NCBI GenBank assembly: GCA_024679065.1
Contig: JAGIQG010000012.1
Coordinates: 69,750,001 to 69,814,000, forward strand
DNA length: 64,000 nucleotides
Origin: Sphyrna mokarran
Lineage: Eukaryota
Reading direction: 5' to 3'
Below are positions 12,963 to 26,290 of the stretch, piece by piece; within the stretch, counting starts at the first letter, position 1, and each line of letters begins with the position of its first letter. A program made the translations under genes and the position numbers. A model generated the notes under the pieces. The model saw nothing but the letters and a program-made list of their open reading frames with translations. It was not told the origin of the DNA and did not search any database.

Positions 12963-15900
12963 CTGTAGTCGGAGATAAAGAATATGTCAACAGAATAGCA
13001 ACTACCATGCAACTTATAAAGCCGTGACCAATGTTGTGAAATTTTGTTTGTAGTTGAGGGTATTTATCTAATAATAAAGGTCATATATGGTGGTGTTTAT
13101 TTGGTGGCGAGGAGGAGTGGGGAGAGGGGCTTAATCAGGCAGGAAGGTTGCAGGCAAGGATCTTGCTATCTTCCTGCTTCTGCCCCAATTAGCCCCCAGT
13201 GAGAAGACCTGGAATTGGCTGCCCTGCCTGCAACTAACTGAGATCCCTAAATTAATTCCCCCTTGAGGGCCAATCCCACTCTCACTGGATGGGTAACTCA
13301 CAACGTGGGAAGCTCAAAAAGTAAAGTACTCATATCCCATAGCTTCTCTTTTCTCCTGAATTAATTTATAAGTCCATTATCTTCAATCTCAGAAGATGAG
13401 ATGAAATCCTGCTTCCAGGTCTTGGTTAATCCCTACTTTAGTCATCTGTTGAAAGCTCTGTTGAAAATATTCCACATAAACTCCATCCAAATTTGAATCT
13501 GGATCAAAGTCTTGATTTTAAAATTTTCATTCTTGTTTTCCAGCTTCTCTAACCCTGCAACTGTTTGAGATCTTTGTGTTCCTCTGCTTCAGATCCCTTG
13601 GGATTTTCCAATATTCGTCACTGCACCATTACCAACTGCATCTTCAGTTGCCCAAATTTTAGAATTCCTTTCCCTAATCTCTCTACCTTCCTATCATTCC
13701 CTTCTTCTTGAACATGCTCCTTAAGATCTAAAAACTCTTTATCCAAGCATTGCTGCCTTCATCACTGATCTAATATTCCCTCATGCGTCTCAGTGATAGA
13801 TTTTGTTTGAAAATCCCTCCTTTTTTACCATCTTAAAGGTGTGATAAAATGCAAGTTGTTATTATTCAAACAGCATTGACCTTACCTGTTAAATAATGGG
13901 CAGGTTTTTGTGTCTGTGTTAGTTTTTAGCATGAATGGCCATGCAGGTCCAAGACCTCACGATAGTGGGGAAACGAGATTCTCACCTGCAAGACCATGTT
14001 TCCTGATTTTCCATGCCCCTCACCAGAAAGGATGGAAGCCTCATTTCAATAAGTTTTATTAAGATTAAATATCATTGGAGAGACTTTCCTGCAATATGTT
14101 CCTCCTTCACTGAATACTAACATGACATAATGTCATAACATGAGGAGCATAAAGTTAAGTATAACTCCTGGAGGGAGAGGGACACCAGCAGCCCAACATG
14201 GCAATGCCAGGATGGGGTATGGGGGAAGTCCCAATGATGGGATTCTCCTTCTGTGTGGTTGGGGGTTAGAAGGGTACTTGTGCAGTGGTCTCTCGTGTCT
14301 GTGGAGGAGTGGAGGAGGGGGTATTTAGTTCAGATGGGGATGCCCTTTAAAGATAGCAACCCAGATCTCTGTGAAACCGGCATCACTGGTCTATTAGGCC
14401 CTGCCTGGCCAAAGAGATGGTGAAAACCAACCCTCCCCCACTCCCACACCACCTCCAAATTCTCTAGGCCCAGAGTGCCTGAGAACCTGGGCAAAAAACT
14501 GGAGAGCTATGATTGGTTTTCGTACTGAAACTGACACTCCGAAAAAATGTTGGAAGATTTCGACCATGCTATGTCTCTGTATCTGTTCTGAAGTTCAATG
14601 GAGCAAATGAAACTGTCCCTATCATGTCATGGCAATAATATTTAGATACAAAATGCCATCATAGAAAGCAAAACAGAATTGGCTTTTAAAACCTAACAGA
14701 GGTTTATGGATCTTTTGTTGATTGAAATTTGGACCGTTGTTATGGTGGTTGCATGAGTCCCACAGCACAACCCTATCCAGAAAGACCCTGGCGAGGAAGG
14801 AGACCCCTGTATTCCCTAACCAAGACAGTGACACAGGAGAGTCCAGAGGTCCTGCAGCATGGTACTGATCATGAAGACCAGCTCAAAATGAAGATGGAGG
14901 GCAGGAACCGGCAGAGAAGTGTATAGCACATCATGAAAAAATTTGTTGCCCTCACTTTAAAGCCTTTGGCAAACTGAGGGCCACCTTATGCACATCACTC
15001 TTGAGAAATCGGGTTTGACACCAATGTGAATTCCCACTGGTGTGACGCAAGATTGAAAGGTCTGATGGGACACTGGCAGACAGCTGTTTTAATGAGCATT
15101 CATGAGATGCAAATGAATGCAAATGGAATTTGTGCCATCTGCTAGTGAGAAGACAGACTTGCTTTTAATCCACCACTGGGAGAATTACAATGTAATTTGA
15201 CGCTGGTGGCTTTCTTAACTTTTGGTTCCCACCAGATTCTCCCTGCCTGCCCGTCACCAAGGGAAAGTTGGGAAAATTCTGGCATTAGTGGGAGATTTTG
15301 TGAATTATACAAGAGGAGGAAATGTAGGGATGACTTAATTAAGCAGTTGCAAAATCTTGAATTCCTGATGATGAATTGAGATAGAGGGATAAAGTCAGGG
15401 TGTGTTTGTGGCACGCATTGCTCACTCTTGTAATACATCTGCATGCCATGAATACTCATCAATGTGAAATATTTTTGAACATTTTTTTCCTATCTTTAAG
15501 GTAAAGTCAGCAACATCGGAGAATCTTGCGGTGCCCGGTTCACATTTGTTTAAAGGTGATGTGCACTAGATCTTTGCACAGTTGCGTTTGAAATCAACAG
15601 TTTTCCTTGTTTAAATCTATGGCAAAAGTGAAGGGAGCAGGCTAAAGGAAGCTCAGGACTGATACAGGTCAATTCAGTAATGGTGGAGAGAGTTGGGGGC
15701 ACAGAGGTGTAAAATGGGAAGGGCAAGGTGTGGTAGAGGGCAGAGTGGTTGGAATGATTAGCCAATGATGGGCCTAAAGGGGGTTATCAGTACTGTCCAA
15801 ATGTGTGTCCATCTCAGGGCACTAGCTGGCAGTGCCCCTATGGGACTTTGAGTTCACTGACATCATTCCATTTACCCCTGTTGAAAGTAATCTCGGATAA

Positions 15901-17395
15901 TGCCCTTCAGAGTGCATGGAAGGGCCTGCTGAGCCTTCAGGTGTAGTCATGCCCCACAGAATGGTGAATATACTGGGCGCTAAAAGAAACATTCAACAAA
16001 GAGTGAATAAAAAAGGAACACAACATTGCTTCTTCCACAGTAAAGGAAACGTGCTTGTAACCATCAATGTGTGCCAACCATGATGATGATGAACCACCAT
16101 TAGAATGATGACGTACATATGAATAAAGTGCCATGAAAATAAAGTGAAATACTTATAACAAAAATTTAATTCTGAAGAACAAACATATTTGTGTCATTAT
16201 TCTTTATGTTAATGGCAATGCGGTTGGGCAGGCAGGTTTTAGCCAAGCTTCCTGTTTGACCAAGTGGCTCTTTAATAGCTTACCCATAGCAGTAGCATCA
16301 GTTGAGGGTGGGTTTAACCACTGATTGTGTGATCGCACATGTCCCCTGTGCACATTGCCAGTGCTTTAAATTTTAATTGTAATCTCATGGGTAAAAGCAA
16401 GAGATCGGAAGTGAGACAATCTTGCAGTGACACACACTATTGACAAAATCTCCTCTTTTTGAGAAACACAGCATGAAATCACGATCTTTTTTCAAACCAT
16501 AAACTAATATAGATTGACGATTGGTTTATAAACATCATTACCAAATTACTTATTTTTTTAATGGGGCGGAACTCTGCAAACACAACAGTACTGTATTTTA
16601 AGACACTTTACAGAAAGCCTTTTAAAAGTCCTACACATTATTGGAACATTGCTACACGTCTCAGCTCTGAGAACTTTATCTTTGTTTTGGAGAAGAGTTC
16701 AAGCTGTTTCAGGACAGTTAGAAAATAATGCAAAAATATTTAAATTCATAAAGCATCTTTCATGACCTCAGGACATCTAAATGTTTACACAAATTTTTCA
16801 AATGCTTCAAGATGTTTTAGAGAGGGCAATGCCAACATGATAGACAAAAACTCTGCCAAGTTAAATTCCTGAAATCCGAAAATTATTCCTTTAGCATTGG
16901 GTGTTTTTTTTAAAAGCTTAATCTGAAGTCAGAAACTGTTCAGTGATACTTTTGTAAAAGTTAAAGTGAAACATAACGGCGAAAACATTGTCCAACATGA
17001 ACTTGCACCCAACTGTGCTTTATTCCTGCCCAAGATCACACTTCTTAAGATCTAAACGCTACAATTTAGTTTAATGATTACATTATCACAATCAAGCTAA
17101 CAGAACCACAAAAGGTCAAAAGTTATAAGAATTGATTTTAAACCAGGTCAGAGCTATTCAGAATTATTTTGACAATGGGAGTTCACGTCTGCATTCTGAA
17201 CAGTGGCACCTGTTTTGTAAATAGAACTTCCTAGTTTGCATTCCAAAAATATTGACCATGTCACGTTCTTTTATTGAGTCCCTGCAACTTGTGGGCAGCA
17301 CAGCAAGACAGCCAGCTGATGTACCCAAAACAGCAAAAACAACTGGAAATACTCAACAGGTCTGACAGCCTCTGTGGAGAGAGAACAGAGCTAAA

Positions 17396-17521
17396 GGCTG
17401 GAATTTTAATGCCTCACCCGCCCAAGAGTCAGGGGGGAAGTGAGGTTCTCAAAGTGGCATTCTCTGTTGGCCTTGGCAGAATCTTAGAAGCCTTGGGCAG
17501 GCAAAGCGATAAAATTTCAGA
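17396..17521. mobile_element. Degenerate copy of the same MITE family
   Basis: ggctggaatttta...gcattctctgttggc...ccttgggc..g...taaaattt aligns with 55176-55302. Confidence 0.7.
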
Positions 17522-17969
17522 GGACATTTCAAGTCTGGGATGGCTTTTCTTTCAGTCTTTTTGTCCCACTGCAGAGAATGGAGATTTGGCTGAGCACCAA
17601 GTTCTCTGCCCCTGCAGCAACGGGGCATGAGTGGATGGGAAATTCTGGCCTTTGTCTACAACCAAGAGAGCAGTCCTCCAGCGCTGTATTTCCAGCCCTG
17701 AGGTCTGACTGTACTGACCAATTTCCTCATGTTGAGTTGAACATGTTGATGAAAGGAAAGAGAAGCTCCCTATAAAGGGCGCTGCACATAGACCCCATCT
17801 CCCAAGATGGATGGATTAAGGAAATACCCCAGGTTTTCAGAGTTCTCCCATGAGATAGGTATAGGTCTGTGGAGAAAAGCGTGTCTTTCTCATTGTAATT
17901 CTGAAAGAGCTGACATGCAGTGCGGCTGCATATTTCTACCAAGCAAATTTACAGTTTTGTGTAACTCAC

Positions 17970-18110
17970 TGACAGTCTCCAAGCTTGCGTATGTCATCCA
18001 GGACCAAGGAATGTACGCTGTCTGGGGAGCAGCATGCAAAGCAGTTCAAATGGGGAATGTACTTCACTCTTAACACCCAGCCATCATGCAGTTTGCGACG
18101 CACAATAGTG
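17970..18110 (-). CDS. WDR64: WDR64-like exon 8 (TIVRRKLHDGWVLRVKYIPHLNCFACCSPDSVHSLVLDDIRKLGDC)
   Basis: Acceptor tctttttcag and donor gtgagt, 141 nt, phase 2/2. WD40-type 'LH..WV..V.YI..LNCF..CS.DS.HSLVL'. Confidence 0.92.
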
Positions 18111-18139
18111 CTGAAAAAGAAACATTATAACAAAAGTTA

Positions 18140-18443
18140 TCATAGATTTTCTATAGTGCATAAGAGGGAAGCCATTCAGCCCATCAAGCTTGTGCCAACG
18201 ACAATTCCACCTTATCCCTGGAACCCCAGATACTTAACCTGCTGGTCCCCCCAAACTAGGGCCATTTACTAATGCAAATTAATCTGACGCATACATCTTT
18301 CGAGCGTGGGAGGAAACTGGAGCACCCAGAGGAAACCCAGGCATGGGGAGAACATGCAGACTCAAGTGACCCAAGCCAGGAATTGAATCCTGGTCCCTGA
18401 TGCTGTGAGGCAGCAGTGCTAACCACTGTGTCACTGTGCCCCA
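18140..18443 (-). mobile_element. HE1-like SINE
   Basis: Same head and core motifs. Confidence 0.85.
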
Positions 18444-18917
18444 TTAATATACCCTCTATTTAGCAGAATGGTTGATCTTCAAATTTTTTGACGGTGGATC
18501 TTTTCTTTATCTCATCAATTAGGCAGTTACTTTGAGCACAGGTCCTATACAGAAGATTGTGGATTCAAGACCCATTCCAGTGAACTTGAGTGCCAAATCT
18601 AGGCAGACCTTCCAGTGGATATGAGGAGAGTGGAGAAGGGGGGGCAAAAGCATAAACTGCTTCAGGATGGTTGAACTAATATGGGTTGAATGAGCCTTCT
18701 CATTTGTAATTATTTAGCAATCTTTTGAAGGGCAATCCATTTTTGCCTCCTCTCAGCAAACTTGCTTGATTTAACAGTTCAGTATGTTAACATTTAGCTT
18801 GCAATATGAATTGATATAATCTATACAATAAAAATGATTTGGCTCTTTCAGAGTTTTTGAAGGTAGTTTACTTTTCAAAGACAAATGAAAACTATCTAAA
18901 TAAATTTGTTAACTTAC

Positions 18918-19135
18918 CGTCGGAGAAGGCGTGGATCCAAAGCCTGGGATTGCGAAGTGTTACTTTCCATTCTGGATTTCTGGAAATTGAAGTCTTCAGT
19001 CCCCACAAGTATTTGATTTAGAAACCCAGCATCATCACCAATCAGCATACAATCTTCATTCTGATACTCAGGCAGGGTCACCGTGCAGATACAAAGGATA
19101 ATATTTTTCATAGGTTTAATTGTGAAAAAATTAGT
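18918..19135 (-). CDS. WDR64: WDR64-like exon 7 (TNFFTIKPMKNIILCIC...LIGDDAGFLN...QALDPRLLR)
   Basis: Acceptor ttcaacag and donor gtaagt, 218 nt, phase 0 to 2. Lies within ORF 18914..19222. Confidence 0.9.
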
Positions 19136-19679
19136 CTGTTGAAAATCATAAAGACCAGTTAAAAGCTCTTCAATGCTTTGCATACTTGTGAAGATGGAAG
19201 AGGACAATTTGGCATTTGACAAACATGTATGCTAAAATTTAATTTACTTTAATCCAATGCAGAAGATTCAATACAAAGCAATTGCCATCAGCACATCATC
19301 ATGAATGTTTTGTTTGTGTGAAGGAAACAGATTCAAAAACAAAGGATGAGAATTCTAAATCTAAAGTCATGGAGAACTGGGAGACAAAGTAGGTCCTTGA
19401 GGACAGTGCTGGCAGGGGAATAGTGACACATGCAGCTCAATCTCGGACAAACAAGGTTTATAGTGATAAGGGAACGGGAGGCTGGCTAAGACAGTATTAA
19501 TCAAGTCTCATTAATGCCTAATAAAGTCTGTAGAATTGTCTTGATATGGAGTTATTTTAATCCCCATTCCTTTAAAAATAAAAAAAAACAGGTTGCTTGT
19601 GTGTGAGAGTTGGAAAATCTACGTTCTACTGGTTACAATAGCTGTCTGTTGACAGTTCACAATGGGCTACCATTAAGAA

Positions 19680-20030
19680 TGGTACGGCACAGTGGTTAGC
19701 ACTGCTGCCTCACAGCGCCAGGGACCCCAGGTTCAATTCCAGCCTTGAATCACTGTGCGGAGTTTGCACTTTCTCCCCATGTTCGTATGGGTTTCTTCTG
19801 GGTGCTCCAGTTTCTTCCCACATTCCAAAGATGTGCAGCTTAGGTGGATTGGCCATGCTAAATTGCTCCTTACTGCCCAAAGATGTGCAGGTTAGGTGGA
19901 TTAGCCATGGTAAATGCGCCAGGGCCATGAGGATAGAATAGCTTGCTGGGCCTGGGTAATGTGTTCTTTTGGATTTGGTGTAGATTCGATGGGCTGAGTG
20001 ACCTCCTTCTGCACTGTGGGGATTCTATGA
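19680..20030 (+). mobile_element. HE1-like SINE with internally duplicated core
   Basis: ccaaagatgtgcag.ttaggtggatt.gccatg.taaat occurs twice in tandem. Confidence 0.9.
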
Positions 20031-21866
20031 TGAAGAACACTTGGCTGCTTTCCACAGGTTATAAGCTTCCCAACAGTGGGACCCTAAGTTCTTTAGTTTG
20101 ATTTACAGCTCAAAGAAGTTGATGTGGGGTTTTGGATTGAAATATGTTTATTTCTATAAATTATTAAACTCCTGAGGATATTGAAATATTTTGAATGGGC
20201 TTTCATGAATAAGAGTGCTTCTTTTCATTTTGGTCAAAGTTGCCATAGGTATTTAGACCTTTATTTTATCCACACGGCTCCTTAGGCCTGAGCAAGTTGA
20301 CTATTGGGCAAGTTGGCATCAAGGGTGTAAAGGCCAAGGATATTGGACGGGGTGGGGGAATGGTAGTTTGGCATGGGTTGATATTAAGTTATTGTAGGAG
20401 GCCATAAGGGACCATTGGGATGGGTGGGGCTATAAGATGGCACAGAGGGATGGGGACCATTGGTTTGGGATGAACATTGGATGTCAGGAATATGGGTTCT
20501 GAGGAATGAGTGCCAGAATGGGACAAAGTTAGGCCTTTTAAGTAACATGCTTCGACACTCAGCTGTCCGTGGAATTTCTCCACTAGAGCTACCTACCTCG
20601 ATAGTGACGATCTGGCCCCATGTCTACTGTAGTGTTGAATCTACAATGGAAGTAACTACTGCAACTCATTTTTCCATTCTATTTCCTGTACCAATTAATA
20701 TTATTTTCAATTGGCTCTAATCTAATTGCCTCTTAAATACTGTAACTGACATAACTTCAATAGTCACTTGTGGAAATGCTTTCTATATGCCAATAAAATG
20801 ACAATGAAAAATCTAATTACCTGACTATAATGCTTCCCATGTTTGTTCCATGCTTATTTGCACTTGCTACAGATTCATCAATCAGTGGAAATAATCTTTC
20901 ACTATTTATCATTTCAACTGTGTTAGGTTTTTTAGGTTCTTTCTTAACCTTCGCTGCTTCAGTAAAGGTGGTTTGCCAAGTCTCAATCTAAATATGTCTC
21001 TTTATCCCTTTTATTTTAGTGAATCTAGAATGCAATCTTGCGTGGATATTAAGTCCTGTTTATACTGCAATGCCTAGTAAATATTCATTGTCTCCTCTTT
21101 GCTCTTGTATTTTTCACGCTTGTGTATAAAAAAAGAATTTCATTTGTCCTTTCAGTGGCCTTTTGTACTTGCAATTCTATTTTTAGATATTATGCGCTGA
21201 GACCTCTGGATCTCTTCAGTCTTTCACACTACTGGTAATTTTCCTCTTAATACTTTCTCTTTTTGCCAAAAATAAACTGGGGATGCATTTTCTTGCTCTT
21301 TTATATGCAATAACACTATATAAAGAGGATAATTTTTTTAACCAAGAAATTGGGATAAAAGTCATATTTATTACAGTAACATATTCCCAGGTTTCCTTAT
21401 GTTTCTTAAGCATTCATGAAGTCCACTGAGATTCCACTAGCCTGTTCTGCAGATGTCAGATAAGTGCCCTGGTAACTGAAGCTTTCCTGAATTTAAACTC
21501 TGAAAATACTATAGGTAATTGGCTGAGTTTTGTAAGATGCACTGATTACCAAGATCATCCGAGGCAGACAAAAGTTGCGAGTTCTTAAAGATTTTGAGGG
21601 AAGATTTCTGTAAAACTGTTCTTTAGCATTCTGTCCACAACTCATGGACATGTTTCTCATAGAATCAGACCACCAGGTAGCTATTTGGGCAGCTCCACAC
21701 TCCCAACCCCTCGCCCACAATTAGAATTCCTAAGGAACTAGTCAGGTGTTCCCTAAGTGGTATATTATCGTGTACCATTTTCATGGGAGGATGCAGCAAA
21801 ACACACTTAACGCAAAAGATACCAAACCAATAAAATGTCTCTTTCTTTCTGCTGAACAAAATATAC

Positions 21867-22716
21867 ATGGTAGTCATGATGCCGGCATTAGACTGGGATA
21901 AACACAGTAAAAAGTCTAACACAGTAAGAAGTCTAAGATTAAAGTCCAATAGGTTTATTTGGTAGCAAAAGCCACTAGCTTTTGGAGCACTGTTCCTTCA
22001 TCAAATATGTGGGAGTTCTGTTCACAAACAGGACATATAAAGACACAAACTCGATTTATAAAATAAATGCAAATCTTAACAAGTAATCAAATCTTAAAGG
22101 TACAGACAATGTGAGTAGAGAGAGCATTAAGCACAGGTTAAAGAGATGTGCATTGTCTCCAGACAGGACAGTTAGTGAGATTTTGCAAGCCCAGGCAAGT
22201 CGTAGTATATGCTTACCATGCAGACACTATGGCAATGGATGAATGAACACCGTTCAACAGTCACCAGACAAGAGTATTCTCTTCCTGTTAGGGAATACTT
22301 CAGCAGTCATGGGCATTGGGCCTCTGATCTTCAGGTAAGCATTCTCCAAGGTGATCTTCATGACACACAGAGGTGCTGAGCAGAGACTGATTGCCAAGTT
22401 CCACACACGAGAACAGCCACAACCGGGATCTTGGGTTCATATCACACTATCTGTAACCCCCGTGACTTGCCTGGGCTTGCAATACATATCTCTTTAACCC
22501 ATGCTTGGTCCTCTCTCCACTCACTTTAAGATTTGATTACCTGTAAAAACTCGCATTCCAACGATTATTTTGTAAATTGAGTTTATGTCTTCATATGCCC
22601 TGTCTGTGAACACAACTCCCATTTACTTGATGAACGGACAGCGCACCAAAAGCTAGTGGCTTTTGCTCACAAATAAACCTGTTGGACTTTAATCTCGTGT
22701 TGTGAAACTTCTTACT
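21867..22716 (+). mobile_element. Penelope-like element: inverted pLTR, GIY-YIG C-terminal remnant and pLTR
   Basis: Inverted arms at ~21920-22200 and ~22465-22716. The middle translates to 'TMQTLWQWMNEHRSTVTRQEYSLPVREYFSSHGH.ASDLQVSILQG...AEQRLIAKF'. Flanked by ctgaacaaaat(a/g)tac direct repeats. Confidence 0.85.
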
Positions 22717-23014
22717 GAACAAAATGTACCACAAGCAGCTTCCCTTTCTTTCAAATTTCTTGAAACCCCCAGAATAATCTCTGCCCTTCCATGGCCAATT
22801 GCCATGAGTTGAGTGAAGATGTGCTTTTGCTTGTATGACTGCAACCTCCATTTATATCAAAGTGCCACTATTTCTTTGGAGTGGATTCTAAAGTGCATAT
22901 AATCAATTCACTCTATGCAAAACAAAATATTTTTTCTTCTTTCTACTTCTAAGTGAGATTGTGGGTGAGAGTGGCAGGGATAGCAAGTTTTTTTTATGTT
23001 CGGTAACTCTTCAC

Positions 23015-24083
23015 ATAGAACCATAGAATCATAGAAAAACTACAGCACAAACAGGATCTTTGGCCCATAAGTTGTGCCAATCATATCTCTATCTTCTAGA
23101 CTTACCTATAACCCTCAATCCTATTAAGTCCCATATACTCATCCAGAAGTCTCTTAAAAGACCCAATCGATAGCAGCCAATTCCACTCACCCACCACCCT
23201 TTGAGTGAAAAACTTACTCCTGACATCTCTTCTGTACCTACTCCCCAGCATCTTAAACCTATGTCCTCTTGTAACAGCCGTTTCAGCCCTGGGAAAAAGC
23301 CTCTGAGAATCCACCTGATCAATACCTCTCAACATCTTATACACCTCTATCCTTCGTCTCTCCAAGAAGAGACCGAGCTCTCTCAACCTATCCTTAAAGG
23401 GCATGCCATCCCATCCAGATAACATCCTTGTAAATCTCCTCTGCATCCTTTCAATATCTTCTACATCCTTCCTGTAATGAGATGACCAGAACTGAGCATA
23501 GTACTCCAAGTGGAGTCTGACCAGGATCTTATACAGCTGCAGCAATATCTCCCGACTCCTAAACCCAATTCCTTGATTGATGAAGGACAGTACACCATAA
23601 GCCTTCTTAACCACACCCTCTATCTGCAAAGCTGATTTGAGAGTCCTATGAACCCAGACCCCAAGATTCTTCTGATCTTCCACACTGCGATAAGTCTTAC
23701 CCTTAATATTATATTCCTTCATCCCATAGGACCTATCAAAATGTACCACTACACATTTATCCGGGTTGAAGTCTATCTGCCACTTCTCTGCCCAATCATG
23801 CATCCTATCTCCGACATGCTGCAACTTCTGACATCCCTCCAAACTATCCACAACACCACGAACTTTTGTGTCATTGGCAAACTTACCAACTCATCCCTCC
23901 ACTTCTTTATCCAGGTCATTTATGAAAATCACAAACAGCAAGAGTCCCAGAACAGATCCCTGGAGCACTCCACTGGTGACTAACCTCCATGCAGAAAAAA
24001 ACCCATCTACAGCCATTCTCTGCCTTCTGTGGGCAGGCCAGTTCTGGATCCACAAAGTAACATTTCCTTGGATTCCATGCCAC
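23015..24083 (-). mobile_element. Relatively young CR1 LINE 3' fragment
   Basis: 249-aa ORF 23102..23851 plus '[24 protein letters not shown]' and a ctatg-repeat tail. Confidence 0.93.
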
Positions 24084-24374
24084 CTTCTCATGTATGAGAG
24101 AACACTGAACGCTCCCCCATTCCAGAATGCTTTTCCAGTCATGACCATAGTTTCAGAGTTTATAACATAATTTAAAAGAAAATTGAATAAGCATCTTAGA
24201 AGACAACTCTAAAAAGCCATTGGGAAAATATGATTAGGCAAATAGAATGAATGCAATTAGTACTAGTTAGTTTTACAAGCACAGTGGTCTAAATCATACT
24301 TTTGCGTGCTTCATTTCTAGGATTGCTATGAAGTACTCTATATTCCATTCAGAGGGTAAAACAAGGAAGTTTAC

Positions 24375-24485
24375 CTGATTTTTAGTCTTCGGTTTATGAT
24401 CCCAGATAACAATACTTGTCTCAGTAACAATCACAATTCTCTTTAACTGGCCAAGGTAACCACAGCCAGTCACTTGGGAACTATC
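24375..24485 (-). CDS. WDR64: WDR64-like exon 6 (DSSQVTGCGYLGQLKRIVIVTETSIVIWDHKPKTKNQ)
   Basis: Acceptor ttcatatag and donor gtaaac, 111 nt. Contains a WD dipeptide and 'TGC.YL.QLKRIV..TE..I..WD'. Confidence 0.9.
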
Positions 24486-24779
24486 CTATATGAAAATGAA
24501 TAAATGATTAGCATCTCTACAAAGAGCCATTGTCAAAAACCAATGTAACAGATTAATTATTCATTCTTTGCTAGTTAGTATAGTCATTTACATCCAAATT
24601 AAGCAAACAACTTTTCTATGAAGGAAACAAATTTTGAACAAGCTACTCAAAAAATGTTCTGTAACACGATTACTAATAAGCTGCACCATAAGTTGAAACT
24701 TTTGCTCTGCTTTAGTTCAGCATTAGTGCTTTCGGATGGGAGTCGGAAGGTTGGGATGAAACTTGAACTGAATCCACAT

Positions 24780-24965
24780 CTGCCTGTTCAGTTGGACATG
24801 AATGGGTGATTCAGCACCATTCAAAGAAGCGGTGATGGGGTAATTCTTACATGTCCTGGTCAATATGTATCCCTCAAGCAACATCTCTAGAGGAATGGTT
24901 ATCATCACAAAGCTTTCTATGGAATTTTGCCACACGCAAATTTGCTGTCATGTTCCCCTAAACTA
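24780..24965 (+). mobile_element. Degenerate Deu-domain SINE
   Basis: gtcctggtcaatatgtatccctcaagcaacatc...caaatttgctgtcatgtt. Confidence 0.6.
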
Positions 24966-25924
24966 TTCAGATCTTTGACAGTGCAGCAGTCTGGAAGCTA
25001 CCACATGGTGCTTGTTCCAGAATATATAATGCCAGCGCAAAGCGGCACCAAACAAAACTGAAGAATCTGTACGCTGAAAAAGCTGGTCAGTACAGCAACT
25101 AAATCTTAAATGGAACATTAGCTTTCCTCTTCCCTGCATCACAGGGGGTGTTGGTTAGCTCCATTGGCACGTGGAGTAGAATGTTGCCAATGGCAAAGAT
25201 TTGATCCTTGTACCAACTGTGGTAGCAGTTCCTTCTTGTCTTGCCCCATACTTGATATGGAGAGAGTGTCCCTCAAGCTATATAACATGTCTTTCCCTAA
25301 CTCTCACAGAGAGAGAGAAAGATGCTTTTTGTTGCACAACCTTCCTGACCTCTTCAACAATTCCTCCAAGTAACCTCTTCTTTCCATATTATTAGACAAT
25401 TTCAATCTTGTCATCTCATCACACCTAACTTTATAACCATTCCATCACCTCTCCTTTGCTGCACTGTGCATTGTCAATCTACTTATCTGATATCAATTCC
25501 TCTTGCCCTAAACCACTCCCCATGAGTTGTTACCATTCTACTCTTAACCTAACTCAACTTGAACCTGGATTTGGTATTAATTTCCAAATATAGTGCTACC
25601 AAGATATAGACATTAAATTATATACATATCACATAAAATCTTACATCTGCACACACTTCCTATCAATGTTCTTCATTCAATATTAAGATTCAGGTGCATA
25701 AATAGAAATTGCTATTGTTCAAATTCGGAGTAACAGAGTCAATTTACCATTCAAGCCTTTATTCTCAAATTCCAAAAGCAATTCAAAATGACAGTGGTCA
25801 TATTTTATTCAGGATAAGTGAGACTTGATAAATGCTAATATCTGAGCAATAATCTCCAGACACAACAGTACAGACCATGGAACTGCTCCTCATCATGTTT
25901 CATGTATCTTTGCGTTAGTCAATT

Positions 25925-26290
25925 AATCATTTAATACTTCTATATTAAAGTTTGCTAATGACACCATCATAGTGGGTTGGATCTCAAAATATAATGAGAG
26001 TACAGGAAAGAGATAGAGAATTAATAAACTGATGAGACAACAATAATCTATGGCAACAAAATGAAGGAAATAGTCATTGACTTCAGGAAGCTTAGTAGTA
26101 GAGGACATGTGAATGAACCTATCTCGTATTAAGCTGGTCTTTCTCTACACCCTTGCTATGACTGTAACACTACATTCTGCACACTTTCCTTTTCTTCTCT
26201 ATGTACAGTATGCTTTGTCTATCCTGTATGCAAGAAACAATACTTTTCACTGTATGTTAGTACATGTGACAGTAGTAAAACAAGTCAAAT
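25925..26290 (+). mobile_element. Rex1/Babar-type LINE, internally deleted
   Basis: aagtttgctaatgacaccatcatagtggg (KFA(D)DT..VG) and aaggaaatagtcattgacttcagg. Tail shared with 51320-51440. Confidence 0.72.

Noticed and set aside
23102-23851. 249-aa ORF as a host gene
   Set aside because: It is the CR1 ORF2 C-terminus, frameshifted relative to the upstream RT piece.
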